DNA from: an uncultured bacterium | Lineage (GTDB): Bacteria; Krumholzibacteriota; Krumholzibacteriia; JACNKJ01 | NCBI GenBank assembly: GCA_963695095.1 | Contig: CAVOFT010000001.1 | Location: forward strand, 992,001 to 1,056,000 | Direction: 5' to 3' | Length of the DNA stretch: 64,000 bases | The notes under the pieces: generated by a model | What the model was told of the DNA's origin: nothing | Seen by the model: only the letters and a program-made list of their open reading frames with translations | The model's database searches: none | Translations under genes and position numbers: made by a program | Part shown: positions 21,165 to 31,537 of the stretch, one piece after another | Numbering within the stretch: position 1 is the stretch's first letter | How the letters are laid out: every line of letters starts with the position of its first letter

Positions 21165-21537
21165 CTCGATCTCCAGAGGGCGCCAGGGTATCGGCAGCGG
21201 TGGCGGCGCAAGGCGATGGCTGTACTTGCTTCCCCTCGCCTTGGTTCTAGCCCAGGCGAGTCCAGTCAATGCCCAGTTCGAATTGGGCGACGCAGTCTAC
21301 AACAGCATCGAAGTGGGGTGCTTCACCTTGTGCTATGACCACGCCGGCATCGTTGTTGGCGTGAAGCCCGACGAGTACGGCTTGCCGGAAGTGCGGATCG
21401 TGGAGGGTACGATTCCTGCGGCCCGAGAAGTGTCCCTGGGAGAATTCGGCATGGAATGGGGCCCATATACGCGGGCCAGCTACGACTTTGGAGTTCGCCG
21501 ATCCGCGGCTGAGAATGCTCTCGATCTGCGAGGGTGA
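21151..21537 (+). pseudogene. Permuted papain-like amidase (YiiX/YebB, NlpC/P60 superfamily), truncated by IS256
   Basis: Signal peptide, then LGDAVY...YDHAGIVVG...IVEG...AREVSLGEF matching the His-first half of permuted NlpC/P60; stop codon overlaps the IS left end; Cys half absent. Confidence 0.6.
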
Positions 21538-22853
21538 GTCTGTAAGGTTTTCTGTGTAACTGGCCTTGGGCTACACTCTATCGGAGGAGAGCGACCATGG
21601 CCAAACCAGATCCTGTGGACAAGCTGATCGACGAGCTGATCCTGGGCAAGCAGCCCGAGGAGATCCTCGGCAAGGACGGCGTGCTCAAGCAGCTCACGAA
21701 GCGGCTTGTCGAGCGCGCCCTCGAAGGCGAGATGACCCACCACCTGGGCTACGCGCCGCATGCCCCCGAGGGCCGGGGCAGCGGCAATTCACGCAACGGC
21801 AAGACGAGCAAGACCCTGCTGGCCGAGAGCGGGGAACTGGAGATCACCGTGCCCCGCGACCGCAGCGGCGAGTTCGAGCCGGTGCTCGTCCCCAAGCGCC
21901 AGCGCCGGCTCGCCGGCTTCGACGACAAGGTGATCGCGCTCTACGCACGGGGCCTGACGACGCGCGAGATCCAGGCTCACCTCGAGGAGCTCTACGGCGT
22001 CGAGGTCTCGCCGCAACTGATCTCGGCGGTAACCGACGCGGTGCTGGACGAGGTCGCAGCCTGGCAGAACCGGCCGCTGGATCCGGTCTATCCGATCGTC
22101 TACTTGGATGCGATCCATCTCAAGCTGCGCAGCGAGGGCCGCGTGCAAAACCAGGCGGTCTACCTGGCGCTGGGGATCACGCTCGAGGGGAGGAAGGAGC
22201 TGCTCGGCCTGTGGATCGGCGAGAGCGAAGGGGCCAAGTTCTGGCTGGGCGTGATCACGGAGCTGCGAAACCGTGGGCTGCAGGACATCCTGATCGCCTG
22301 CGTGGATGGGCTGAAGGGCTTCCCCGAAGCGATCGAGACGGTCTACCCGCGGACGCAGGTGCAACTGTGCATCATCCACATGGTGCGCCATTCGCTCAAG
22401 TACGTGGGCTGGAAGGAGCGCAAGGCGGTGGCGGCGGATCTGCGGACGATCTACACGGCGGCCACGGCCGAGGCCGGGGAGCAGGCGCTGACGGCCTTCG
22501 AGGCGAAGTGGGGAGCGCGCTACCCGTCGATCGGCAAGAGCTGGCGGGCCAACTGGGCGAACCTGATCCCGTTCTACAGCTACCCGCCGGCAATCCGGAA
22601 GGTGATCTACACGACGAACGCGATCGAGTCGATGCAGGCGAGCCTGCGCAAGCTGCTGCGGCATCGGGGTGCTTTCCCGAACGCGGAGAGCGTGCGCAAG
22701 GTGCTATACTTGGCGCTGCAGCGGATCGCAAAGGGCTGGAAGCGGCCGGTCCTGGACTGGGTCGCGGCCCTGAATCACTTCAGCGTGGTGTTTGAGGGGA
22801 GAATCTAGCGGTGATCGGAGATGGGTCAGTTACACAGAATTCTGGACACACTC
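21536..22853 (+). mobile_element. IS256-family insertion sequence
   Basis: 30-bp imperfect terminal IRs GAGTCTGTAAGGTTTTCTGTGTAACTGGCC (21536-21565) and reverse complement GAGTGTGTCCAGAATTCTGTGTAACTGACC (22824-22853), 23/30 identical, flanking the transposase. Confidence 0.92.
21597..22808 (+). CDS. IS256 family (Mutator) transposase
   Basis: GNSRNG, VPRDRSGEFEP, LYARGLTTREI, YPIVYLDAI, DGLKGFPEAI, QLCIIH, IYTTNAIES. Confidence 0.97.
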   Translation: MAKPDPVDKLIDELILGKQPEEILGKDGVLKQLTKRLVERALEGEMTHHLGYAPHAPEGRGSGNSRNGKTSKTLLAESGELEITVPRDRSGEFEPVLVPKRQRRLAGFDDKVIALYARGLTTREIQAHLEELYGVEVSPQLISAVTDAVLDEVAAWQNRPLDPVYPIVYLDAIHLKLRSEGRVQNQAVYLALGITLEGRKELLGLWIGESEGAKFWLGVITELRNRGLQDILIACVDGLKGFPEAIETVYPRTQVQLCIIHMVRHSLKYVGWKERKAVAADLRTIYTAATAEAGEQALTAFEAKWGARYPSIGKSWRANWANLIPFYSYPPAIRKVIYTTNAIESMQASLRKLLRHRGAFPNAESVRKVLYLALQRIAKGWKRPVLDWVAALNHFSVVFEGRI

Positions 22854-22970
22854 GCTCTCGCGGTTGCGGCGTCAGGTGCCCCGCTTCGGGCTGGTGAGGC
22901 GGGCTCGTCTGCGCTAGAGTGGCGAGCATCCCCCCGCGGGGAGCGATGACTACTCAGGAGCAGCCCAGCC

Positions 22971-25022
22971 ATGGCCCGTGCACTTTCGTCCCTCGCGACG
23001 CTCTTCGGATCGGCAAGCGGCGTCGTGCTGTTGGTTCTAACCAGCGCAGCGGCCTTCACGCTGCGTCTGGTCTATCTGCTGCCCCTGCGCGGCCAGGCGC
23101 TCTTCGACGAGCCGCACCGGGACTCGATCGAGTACGTCGATCGCGCGCGCGGCATCCTGGCCGGCGACTTCTGGGGCCGCGGCGTCTACTTCCACTCGGC
23201 GCCGCTGTACCCCTACTTCCTTGCCTTGGTGATGGGCCCGACCGGGGCCACCGGTCTCTGGTGGGTGCGCGTCGTGCAGGCCTTGCTGTCGGGGCTCACC
23301 GCCGGTCTGTTGGCGCTCACGGGCCGCCGCCTTTTCGGCCGCGCAGCCGGTGTCGCGACCGCCGCGCTCGCGGTGCTCTACGCCCCCTTCCTCTTCTATA
23401 GTGGCGAGCTGCTCGAGATCACGCTGACCCTCTTCTTCCTCGCCCTGCTGGCCTGGATCCTGGCGCGCGAGCAGCTCGCCGCGCGGCATCTCGTCGCGGC
23501 GGGGCTCTGCCTCGGTCTCGCCGCGCTCGGCAAGCCGAACCTGCTGATCTTGGCTCCCGTGGTGCTGGTGGCGCTGGGCTTCCTGCGGCCGCTGGCGCGG
23601 CCCGCGCGCTGGCCCTGGCGGCGAGGCCTGCTCTTCGCCGCAGGCATCGTCGTGGTCGTGGCGCCCTTCACCCTGCGCAACAAGCTGGTGGGCGACGACT
23701 GGGTGCTCATTAGCAGCAACGGTGGCATCAACCTGTTCATCGGCAACAACCCGCAGGCGACGGGCGGCTTCCAGGTGCCCACCGCCATGCAGTACGACCT
23801 CGAGCACTCGAGCCAGCGCGTCGCTGCGGAGGCCCTCGGCCACGCGGCGAAGCCCTCCGAGGCGAGCCGCTTCTGGGCGAGTCGAGCTTGGGCCTTCCTG
23901 ACCGAGCGGCCGGGGCAGGCGCTGAAGCTCGTCGTGCGCAAGGCGGGCCTGCTCATCGGCAGCTACGAGATTCCCAACCACTTCAACATCTACTTCTTTC
24001 GCGAGAACTTCGCGCCCGTGCTGCGCTGGCCGCTGGTCTGGTACACGCTGGCCCTGCCCTTCGGCGTGCTCGGCCTCGTCGCCGGACTGCGGCGCGGCCG
24101 CCGCAGCCGCCTGGCCGCGGCCTGCCTGCTGGCGATCGCCGCCACCGTGCTGCTCTTCTTCGTCACCAGCCGCTACCGGCTACCCCTGCTCATCTGGCTG
24201 CTGCCCTTTGCCGGCTACGGCCTGACGCTACTTGTGACGGCGCTGCGCGAGCGGCGCTGGCGCTTGATCGGCTTCTTGCTTGCGTTGCTCCTGGCGACCG
24301 GCGCGCTCATGCATCTGCCGCTGGTCAGGGCGAAGGACTTCCACGACGACTGGGAGACGCTGGCCTTCTACTGGGGCCGCCAGGGCGACTGGGACCGCGC
24401 GGCCTTCTACAACCAGCAGGCCCTGCGTGAGAACATGCGCTCGGCGGCGGCCTGGCAGAACCTGGGCTATGCCTACACGCAGCGAGGCCGCGACCTTGCG
24501 GACTGGGATCGCGCGGAGGAGTGCTTCTACAAGGCCATCGAGCTGGATCCCACCCTTGCGCATGCTTACGGCAATCTCGCCTTCGTCTATTTCACCTGGG
24601 ATCGGCCCGAGCTGTTTGCCGCCTGCCTGGATCGCGCGCTCCTGCTCGATCCGGCGCTCGCAGAGACCCTGGCAGAGATGGTCCGCTTCCGGGGCGCCAA
24701 GCTGAGTGGCTGGCGCGAGCGGGCCGAGCAGCAGCTCAGCGGCATCCGCGAGCGCCGGGCGGCGGCTCCCAACGATCCCTGGTTGATGATGGAGGAGGGC
24801 CGCATCCTGGGCATCCGCCTGGAGGATTACGCGGCCAGCCTGCAGATACTGAGCGGGATTCCCATGGCGACGCTGGCCGCGGACTCCGCGCTCACCGATC
24901 GCGTGTCGATGCTGCGCCAGCGCATCGAGCGGGCCGAGCGCTATGCGCCGCTGTTGAGCCGGCCCCTGCCGGGTGAGCGGCGCGCGCCGCTGCGTCCGCC
25001 GCTCAGCCTGCCGGCGCCCTGA
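22971..25022 (+). CDS. GT-C fold (PMT/ArnT-like) membrane glycosyltransferase with C-terminal TPRs
   Basis: DSIEY...APLYPYFLA, KPNLLI, PFTLRN, GGINLFIGNNPQATG, FFVTSRYRLP; TPR motifs AAAWQNLGYAY and AHAYGNLAFVY. Confidence 0.85.
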   Translation: MARALSSLATLFGSASGVVLLVLTSAAAFTLRLVYLLPLRGQALFDEPHRDSIEYVDRARGILAGDFWGRGVYFHSAPLYPYFLALVMGPTGATGLWWVRVVQALLSGLTAGLLALTGRRLFGRAAGVATAALAVLYAPFLFYSGELLEITLTLFFLALLAWILAREQLAARHLVAAGLCLGLAALGKPNLLILAPVVLVALGFLRPLARPARWPWRRGLLFAAGIVVVVAPFTLRNKLVGDDWVLISSNGGINLFIGNNPQATGGFQVPTAMQYDLEHSSQRVAAEALGHAAKPSEASRFWASRAWAFLTERPGQALKLVVRKAGLLIGSYEIPNHFNIYFFRENFAPVLRWPLVWYTLALPFGVLGLVAGLRRGRRSRLAAACLLAIAATVLLFFVTSRYRLPLLIWLLPFAGYGLTLLVTALRERRWRLIGFLLALLLATGALMHLPLVRAKDFHDDWETLAFYWGRQGDWDRAAFYNQQALRENMRSAAAWQNLGYAYTQRGRDLADWDRAEECFYKAIELDPTLAHAYGNLAFVYFTWDRPELFAACLDRALLLDPALAETLAEMVRFRGAKLSGWRERAEQQLSGIRERRAAAPNDPWLMMEEGRILGIRLEDYAASLQILSGIPMATLAADSALTDRVSMLRQRIERAERYAPLLSRPLPGERRAPLRPPLSLPAP

Positions 25023-25023
25023 G

Positions 25024-25575
25024 CTAGTCGGCGGCCTCGCTGCAGCGCTCGCTCTGGAAGCGGTAGAGGCGGCTGGCGGGATCCTGCCAGGCGGTGGGCG
25101 GCAAGAAGGCCTTTCCGCAGACTTCCGCGAGGAAGCGCTCCCTGTCCCAGCCCAGCTCGATAGGCACCTCCGGCAGCAGCAGCCCGCGCTGCCTTCCCCG
25201 CTCGATGATCAGGCCGTCCTCACCGAGGTGCAGATCGGCCACGTCCGCCAGCGGCTCGGGCGCGGTGAGCAGGCTGACGCCGATGTGCAGCGAGGGCAGC
25301 TCGCCCGCTTGCACGGGGGGGAAACGCGGGTCGCTGCCCGCGGCCTGCACTGCCATCTTCCGGAGGGTGGCGTCGAGGGAGTCCTGTCGCTCGAGCGTGC
25401 CGATGCAGCCGCGCAGGGCCTCGCCCTGCCGCAGCGTGACGAAGAGGCCGTCGACGGGGCGGTCCGCTTCCGGAGCCAGCGCCGGGCCGCCCTCCCGCCA
25501 GCTGGCGTCAGCGCACCAGCGCTCGAGGGTCCAGCGCGCCAGGGCCAGCAGCTGCGCGGCCAGTGGGGCTTCCAT
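25024..25575 (-). CDS. amrA: AmmeMemoRadiSam system protein A (AMMECR1 domain)
   Basis: GLFVTL...LRGCIGT, DPRFPPV, VSLLT, GLLLPEV, CGKAFL. Confidence 0.9.
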   Translation of the reverse strand: MEAPLAAQLLALARWTLERWCADASWREGGPALAPEADRPVDGLFVTLRQGEALRGCIGTLERQDSLDATLRKMAVQAAGSDPRFPPVQAGELPSLHIGVSLLTAPEPLADVADLHLGEDGLIIERGRQRGLLLPEVPIELGWDRERFLAEVCGKAFLPPTAWQDPASRLYRFQSERCSEAAD

Positions 25576-26076
25576 TCCGCACTCCTCCTTGGGCCGGCCA
25601 GGTCAGCCGGCCAGCCCAGGCTAGCATGGGGCCGCGATCCCGGCAGGGAGAAAGGCCGCGGCGGGAAGCGCGGAGCCGCTTCGGCCCCGACTCGCAACAG
25701 CCGGCGCGGCGCTGGGGGATTCCGCGCAGAGCGGGTGCGCTCACCCAGGGGGCCATCGAGGCGCGCGGGGGCGGGGGCCTTCCTCTCGCCCCGTCGCGCG
25801 GCGAACCGGGTGGCCGATCTCTGGGTGAACGCGCGCAGCTCGCGGCGGCAGGGCCGACGAAATGCCGGTCAGTCACGATTTTCCCCGCGATTCACCGGCC
25901 CCGATGATGCGGATTCCAACGCTATAATCCATTGTGGTTGTTGTGTTAGGTGCATCCAACGCAGGCTGCAAGGCCACGAACCCGCCCCTGGGGGCCGGTC
26001 CAGGCCGCGGCGCCTGGCATGGGATCCAGCCATGCACTGCCCTCCGTGAACTGAACAAACACAAGGAGTGGCAGTG

Positions 26077-26223
26077 ATGAAGAGCCTGACCCTTACTCTC
26101 TGGATCGTACTTGTCTCCCTGATCGGCTTCGGGTCCCTCAGAACGGCGAACGGGGTCGCCGCGGCGGTGCAGTTCGACGAGATTACCCAGCCGAGTGACG
26201 ACGCGGGCAAACCCAATCCCTAA
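26077..26223 (+). CDS. 48-aa secreted small peptide (not in ORF track)
   Basis: AAGGAG RBS at 26063-26068; MKSLTLTLWIVLVSLIGFGSLRTANGVAAAVQFDEITQPSDDAGKPNP*; signal-peptide-like N-terminus; followed by an intrinsic terminator. Confidence 0.7.
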   Translation: MKSLTLTLWIVLVSLIGFGSLRTANGVAAAVQFDEITQPSDDAGKPNP

Positions 26224-26267
26224 TCCCTTCATCACGCCGAGTTCAGTTCCTCCTCTCCTGTCGCGCT

Positions 26268-26293
26268 GGGCCCCGTCTTGACGGGGCCCTTTT
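26268..26293 (+). terminator. Rho-independent terminator
   Basis: GGGCCCCGT-CTTG-ACGGGGCCC-TTTT. Confidence 0.75.
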
Positions 26294-26335
26294 CGCACGG
26301 CTAGGCTCGCAGCAACCGCCTCCCCGGAGCTAGCC

Positions 26336-29300
26336 ATGGCCGCAGCCGCGCCCACACCGCCCCGCGATCGCCTCATTGCGGAAGGGGCCACGGCACGAGT
26401 CTTCGTCTCGAGAGATTCGACTGGACGGCCGGCGGCACTCAAGCTGAGCCGCAGCGCTGCCTGCGATGCGGCCCTGATCGCTGAAGCGGACGCAGCGACG
26501 CGTTTCAGCCACCCCGCACTACTTCCCATCCTGGGGCATGGCATTGATCGAGATGGCCGCACCTGGCTGCTTCTCCCTCTGCTATCCGGCAAGACGCTGG
26601 AAGATTGGGGTCCTTCGCCGGCTGCGCTGCTCGATGGCCTCGGACCCATCGCGGACGCTCTCGACTACATTCACCATCTCGGCTACGGGCACGCGGATCT
26701 CAAGCCAAGCAACCTGTTGCTGGCGCAGGAGGGCCACGAGGCCAGGCTGCTCTTGGCGGACCTTGGGCTCATCAGTGAGCTGGGCAAGCCCGCACCGGGC
26801 GGAACACCAGCCTACCTCTCTCCAGCACGGCTGGATGGCAACTCCCTCTCCTGGCGCGACGATCTGCATGCTCTTGCGGTCCTCGTCTACGAGCGCATTG
26901 CAGGGCAGATGCCTTGGCATGCCGTGGAGGGGGAGGCCCTCCTGCAGGATATCCGACTCGGGCGGGTGCGCTCCCTGCGTTCACGTCGACCCGATCTGCC
27001 AGGCACGATGGAGTCCCTTCTTGTGGCCACGCTTCAGGGAAAGGACGGGACGCACAGTGTCGCAGATTGGTTGGATCACTTGAGGGCAGAGCTCGGCCTC
27101 AGGCCCCTGCCCCGCAGGCTCTTCCTCCGCCCCGCGGCGAGCCAAGAGGAGGACATTTCCAGCCGTGAGCGCTTGGCTGCATGGTTGCGTACCCACCTGT
27201 ACTCATCGACCAGTCCTGCTGTCGGCGTTGGTCGTGAGGAATTGCGCAGCCTGGAGGAGCTGGCTCGTGGTGATGCAAGACGCCTTCGCAACCTGCTCGA
27301 TCATCTCCTCGCAGAACAGCATCTTCAGGATCAATCCGGCCAAGCAATCTTTGCAGGCGATCCGACCGAATTGCTCGATCGCCTTCGGGCGCAAGTCCCC
27401 GCTGCCTCCGACGAACCGACACAGTCTGGCCATCAGTGGGAGCGACTGCTCACCGCGCTGCCCATGGCCTTCTCAAGGGGGGATCTGCTGTCGGATGCCG
27501 AATCCAAGATCGAAGGGCTGGAGACGACCATATTCGACCTCCTGGAGCGTGGTCTATTGAGCGAGGCCGAAGAGGGACGCTTCGAGGCGCAGGGCATCGT
27601 GGACCTCCATGCCGCTGCAAGCAGCTCGCTTCCCCTTCCACGTGCGCTCTTCGCATCCCAATGGCAGGCTGCCGAATCCCGTCCCGGAGCACGGCTCCAG
27701 CTTCTCGCCCTCGCCCATGCGACGAATGCGCACTGCCTCATTGACTCGATTCCGCAGAACGCAATGCTCGATGTGGTTGAACGAGCTCCCGGCTGAGGTC
27801 TGCGATGCAGTGCGGGCTTTTCTAAGCGGACGGCCGACCGGCACACCTGGAACGAGGCTGTTGGGACTGCTTGATGTCGTGCGCCTTGTGCGGACGGACC
27901 AGCTTGCTGGTGCAATCGATCGCTTCTGGACCATCGATGAGACTCTGAACACCGCCACCAGCGCGGCATTGAACCGTTACCTGGTATACCAGTTGAGCGA
28001 TTCAGGTCGCGTTCAGGACGCCCGCTCCTTTCTGATGCGGTGGCGTGCGCGGCGGGATGACGAGATCAAGGGGACGCCGACAGAGATCCAGATCGCGGCC
28101 CGTGAGCTGAACATCCTTGGCACCTACGGTGCCCATGCAGAGGCGAGAGACTCGCCGCCACCTATCAACGGCGCTTCGCTGGACGCGAGGGTGCTTGGAT
28201 TCTTAATATCGCGCTTGCCAGCCTTGCGGAAGATCGCGGCGACCGGGCAGAAGCCCTGCGTCAGTCGGAGGCGGCGCTGGGCCAGATGAAGCCCGGTCCT
28301 GAGACCGCACAGCTCGAACTCGATCTTCTCGTCTACATGGCTACGACGGTCATCTCCGCGAGCGATCGGTCGCGCTGGCGATTGCTCGATGGCATATTCG
28401 ATCGCGCCTCAGAGCTGGCAGCGACTCTGGACATTCCCACCTACTCTCATCGGCTAGAAGCCGCCGTCGTTCTCAGAGCCCTTTACCGTGGGGACCTTGC
28501 AGAAGCCCGGAGCCAGACAGAGCGTCTGCGGAGATCTGCTGAACGAACCGGCGAACTGAAGCGAGCGCTGTACATCGAAACCAATCTCGCTATCATTGCC
28601 CGCGAGTCCGGAGACTATGTCGAACTGCGGCGCACTTGTTCCAGGCTAGAAGATCTCATCCAAGGCCAAGAGTCGGTCCGGCAGCATCTCAGCTACAGGG
28701 ATGAGATTGCTTGGCTCGAGCTCGCAGCAGGGGAGCTCGACGCTGCAGAACGGACGACAGAACTGGGCCTTTCTGCCACTGCGGACTCGGAGCTTCACCT
28801 CTTCCGAGGGCTCTTCCTCGGCATCAGTGGCCGCCTGCGCCACCTGGCCGGGGACAAGCCGGAGGCGATAGCGGCTTTCCGTGCAGCAATCGATGCCTTC
28901 GAAAGTACCTATGCACTGAGATATCGCAATGAACACCAACTTGAGCTAATCGCCGTCGATCCTGCGGCAGACCCCGATGGCGCCCTGATCGCCGCCGTGA
29001 TCGACCACGAAGACGCCGTCGGCGAGCGCCGCCTCCTGCCGCGCGCCTGGCAGCTCGAAGCACGCCGGCTCCGGCGGGCGGGGGCCATCCACGATGCGGC
29101 ACTGGCGCTCGAAGAGGCCTTCCGCATCGCCGGCACCTTGGTGAGCCCGGAGCATCGCTGGCCTTTGCACGTGGAGGCGGCTGAGCTGGCGCTCGCGGCC
29201 GGCGAGCGCGGCGCAGCGCGCGCCGAGCTGGAGCGCGCCGTCGAGATCCTCCACGACCTCTCCCTGCAGTTCATCGAGGCGGCGGTGCGCGAGCGCTTCC

Positions 29301-29356
29301 TGGCGCGGCCGGACCGGCGCGCGGTCCTCACGCGCCTGCGGGCCCTGGACGCCTAG
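26336..29356 (+). CDS. Degenerate Ser/Thr kinase - helical/TPR protein (frameshifts near 27790 and 28150-28290)
   Basis: LIAEGATARVF, AALK, HADLKPSN, ADLGL, GGTPAYLSP; continues through ORFs 27609..28289 and 28286..29356 with TPR-like helices ending ...RERFLARPDRRAVLTRLRALDA. Confidence 0.7.
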
Positions 29357-29455
29357 CAGATGTCTTGAGGATTCGCGGGTCCTCGATTATCATGCCGCCG
29401 ATCGCGCAGCGGCGGCGGGGCCGTACGGCGGCGCGAGCGACCCCAAAGGAGGATC

Positions 29456-30508
29456 ATGGCTCAGAGCACCAAGGACATCCTCGGCGGCGACCCCGAGGGC
29501 CTGCTCACGCACATCTGCAAGACCATCCCCAAGGACCAGCTCCATCTGCCTGGCGCCGACTTCGTCGATCGCATCTTCGCGCCCAGCGATCGCAACAACC
29601 GTGTGATCGGCAATCTGGAATGGCTCTTTCAGCATGGCCGCCTGGCCGGAACCGGCTATCTGTCCATCCTGCCCGTCGATCAGGGCATCGAACACACGGC
29701 GGGCGCCTCCTTCGCGCCGAACCCGATCTACTTTGACCCCGAGAGCATCGTCAAGCTCGCCATCGAAGGCGGCTGCAACGCGGTGGCCTCCACGCTCGGC
29801 GTGCTGGGCGCCGTCGCCCGCCGCTATGCCCACAAGATCCCCTTCGTGGTCAAGTTCAACCACAACGAGCTGCTCACCTATCCGACCAAGTACGATCAGC
29901 GCCTCTTCGCCAGCGTCGAGCAGGCCTACGACATGGGGGCGGCCGCTGTCGGCGCCACCATCTACTTCGGCTCGGAGGAGTCAGGGCGGCAGATCGAGGA
30001 AGTCTCCGAGGCCTTTGCGCACGCACATGAGCTCGGCCTGGCCACCATCCTCTGGTGCTATCTGCGCAACAACGCCTTCAACAAGGGCGGCACCGACTAC
30101 CATGTCGCCGCAGATACCACCGCGCAGGCCAACCATCTCGGCGTCACGATTCAGGCCGACATCATCAAGCAGAAGCTGCCGGAGAACAACGGCGGCTTCA
30201 AGGCGATCGGCTTCGGCAAGAGCCACCCGGCCATGTACGGCCAGCTCTGCACGGACAACCCCATCGACCTCTGCCGCTGGCAGGTGGCGAACTGCTACAT
30301 GGGTCGCATGGGGCTGATCAACTCGGGCGGCGCTTCGGGCGACAACGACTTCGCCGAGGCCGTGCGCACGGCCGTCATCAACAAGCGCGCCGGCGGCATG
30401 GGGCTGATCTCGGGCCGCAAGGCGTTCCAGCGGCCCATGGCCGAGGGCGCCAAGCTGCTGCACGCCATCCAGGACGTCTACCTGGACAAGAGCGTCACCG
30501 TAGCCTAG
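29456..30508 (+). CDS. fbaB: Class I fructose-bisphosphate aldolase
   Basis: [54 protein letters not shown]. Confidence 0.97.
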   Translation: MAQSTKDILGGDPEGLLTHICKTIPKDQLHLPGADFVDRIFAPSDRNNRVIGNLEWLFQHGRLAGTGYLSILPVDQGIEHTAGASFAPNPIYFDPESIVKLAIEGGCNAVASTLGVLGAVARRYAHKIPFVVKFNHNELLTYPTKYDQRLFASVEQAYDMGAAAVGATIYFGSEESGRQIEEVSEAFAHAHELGLATILWCYLRNNAFNKGGTDYHVAADTTAQANHLGVTIQADIIKQKLPENNGGFKAIGFGKSHPAMYGQLCTDNPIDLCRWQVANCYMGRMGLINSGGASGDNDFAEAVRTAVINKRAGGMGLISGRKAFQRPMAEGAKLLHAIQDVYLDKSVTVA

Positions 30509-30534
30509 TCGGCCACCGTCGGTTCGCTTATCAG

Positions 30535-30563
30535 TGCCCGTCGCTTCTTGGCGGCGGGCATTC
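30535..30563 (+). terminator. Putative terminator hairpin after fbaB
   Basis: TGCCCGTCGC-TTCTTG-GCGGCGGGCA stem (one G-U pair); short T tail. Confidence 0.45.
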
Positions 30564-30633
30564 CAGTGCTAAGCGGTGCCGCGCCTCCTGTATACTCCCA
30601 TGGTTCGTTCCTGACAAAGGAGGGGGTAGCTAG

Positions 30634-31533
30634 ATGCCTACAGCTTGGGGACAAGTCCTGACGGTGGTGCACAGCTGGACCTACGTTGCACTAGGGTCTG
30701 CCCTCGGCGTTGGCGCGCTGATGCTCTTCCTTGGCGCAACTGGCTGGAAGACGCGCTTGCTCGCTCTGGGGGCGTTTTTTGGAATCCTGACCGGCCTGTT
30801 TGCGCCGATCCTGCCTTGGCTCGGACGGAGCATTGACTTCCAACCAGGCCCGATTGAGGCATTCTCAAGGGCAATCATCTTCCCTCTCTTCTATTCGGTG
30901 CCTGCAGTATCGCCGCTCGTGATACTGGCTTTCATTCTGTTGTCGACGCTCATACTCGGCAAGGTCTTCTGCGGCTGGGTCTGCCCGATTGGCGTCATCC
31001 AGGAGATCATCGCAGCGGTTCGCCCACATCCGCCGCGGCGCCTGACGCTGAAGGTCTCTCAGGCCGCGCGTGCAGGCCTGTTGTTGGCTTTCGTCGTTCT
31101 CGTACTATGGAAGCGGAGAATCCTCTTCGATTGGATAGATCCCTATCCAGTGCTGCGCGGAGACCGTCGTTCCGATATCGGGGCCTACATCGCGGCGGGA
31201 GTCCTCCTCCTGCTCTCCGCGATGGTCTATCGACCCTTCTGCGGCTTGGCCTGCCCAGTCGGGCTAGTGACCTCGGTTCTGGGCAAAATCAGTTTGTTTT
31301 CCATCCGCCTGACCCCTCACTGTGATCGCTGTGGAGACTGCCTGGGTGAGCGCGTCTGTCCCGGCTTCCGCGCTGCTGTGCAGGCGGAGCCGATCAGGAC
31401 GGAGTGTTTCGCCTGCGGCTCTTGCATTAGGGCCTGTCCGCACGGCGCCGTGCGCTACGCGCGACGGTCCTGGAATCAACCAGCGGTCCGACGCTTTCGG
31501 GGTCGTGGCGTCGCTGCGGGTGGGGGGATATGA
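30634..31533 (+). CDS. Membrane 4Fe-4S binding protein (NapH/RdxA/YccM-like)
   Basis: GKVFCGWVCPIG, RPFCGLACPVG, CDRCGDC...CP, CFACGSCIRACP. Confidence 0.88.
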   Translation: MPTAWGQVLTVVHSWTYVALGSALGVGALMLFLGATGWKTRLLALGAFFGILTGLFAPILPWLGRSIDFQPGPIEAFSRAIIFPLFYSVPAVSPLVILAFILLSTLILGKVFCGWVCPIGVIQEIIAAVRPHPPRRLTLKVSQAARAGLLLAFVVLVLWKRRILFDWIDPYPVLRGDRRSDIGAYIAAGVLLLLSAMVYRPFCGLACPVGLVTSVLGKISLFSIRLTPHCDRCGDCLGERVCPGFRAAVQAEPIRTECFACGSCIRACPHGAVRYARRSWNQPAVRRFRGRGVAAGGGI

Positions 31534-31537
31534 GGGT

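Noticed and set aside
21517..22860. GCTCTCG on both sides of IS256 as a target duplication
   Set aside because: The left copy (21517-21523) is 12 bp from the IR rather than abutting it; probably chance
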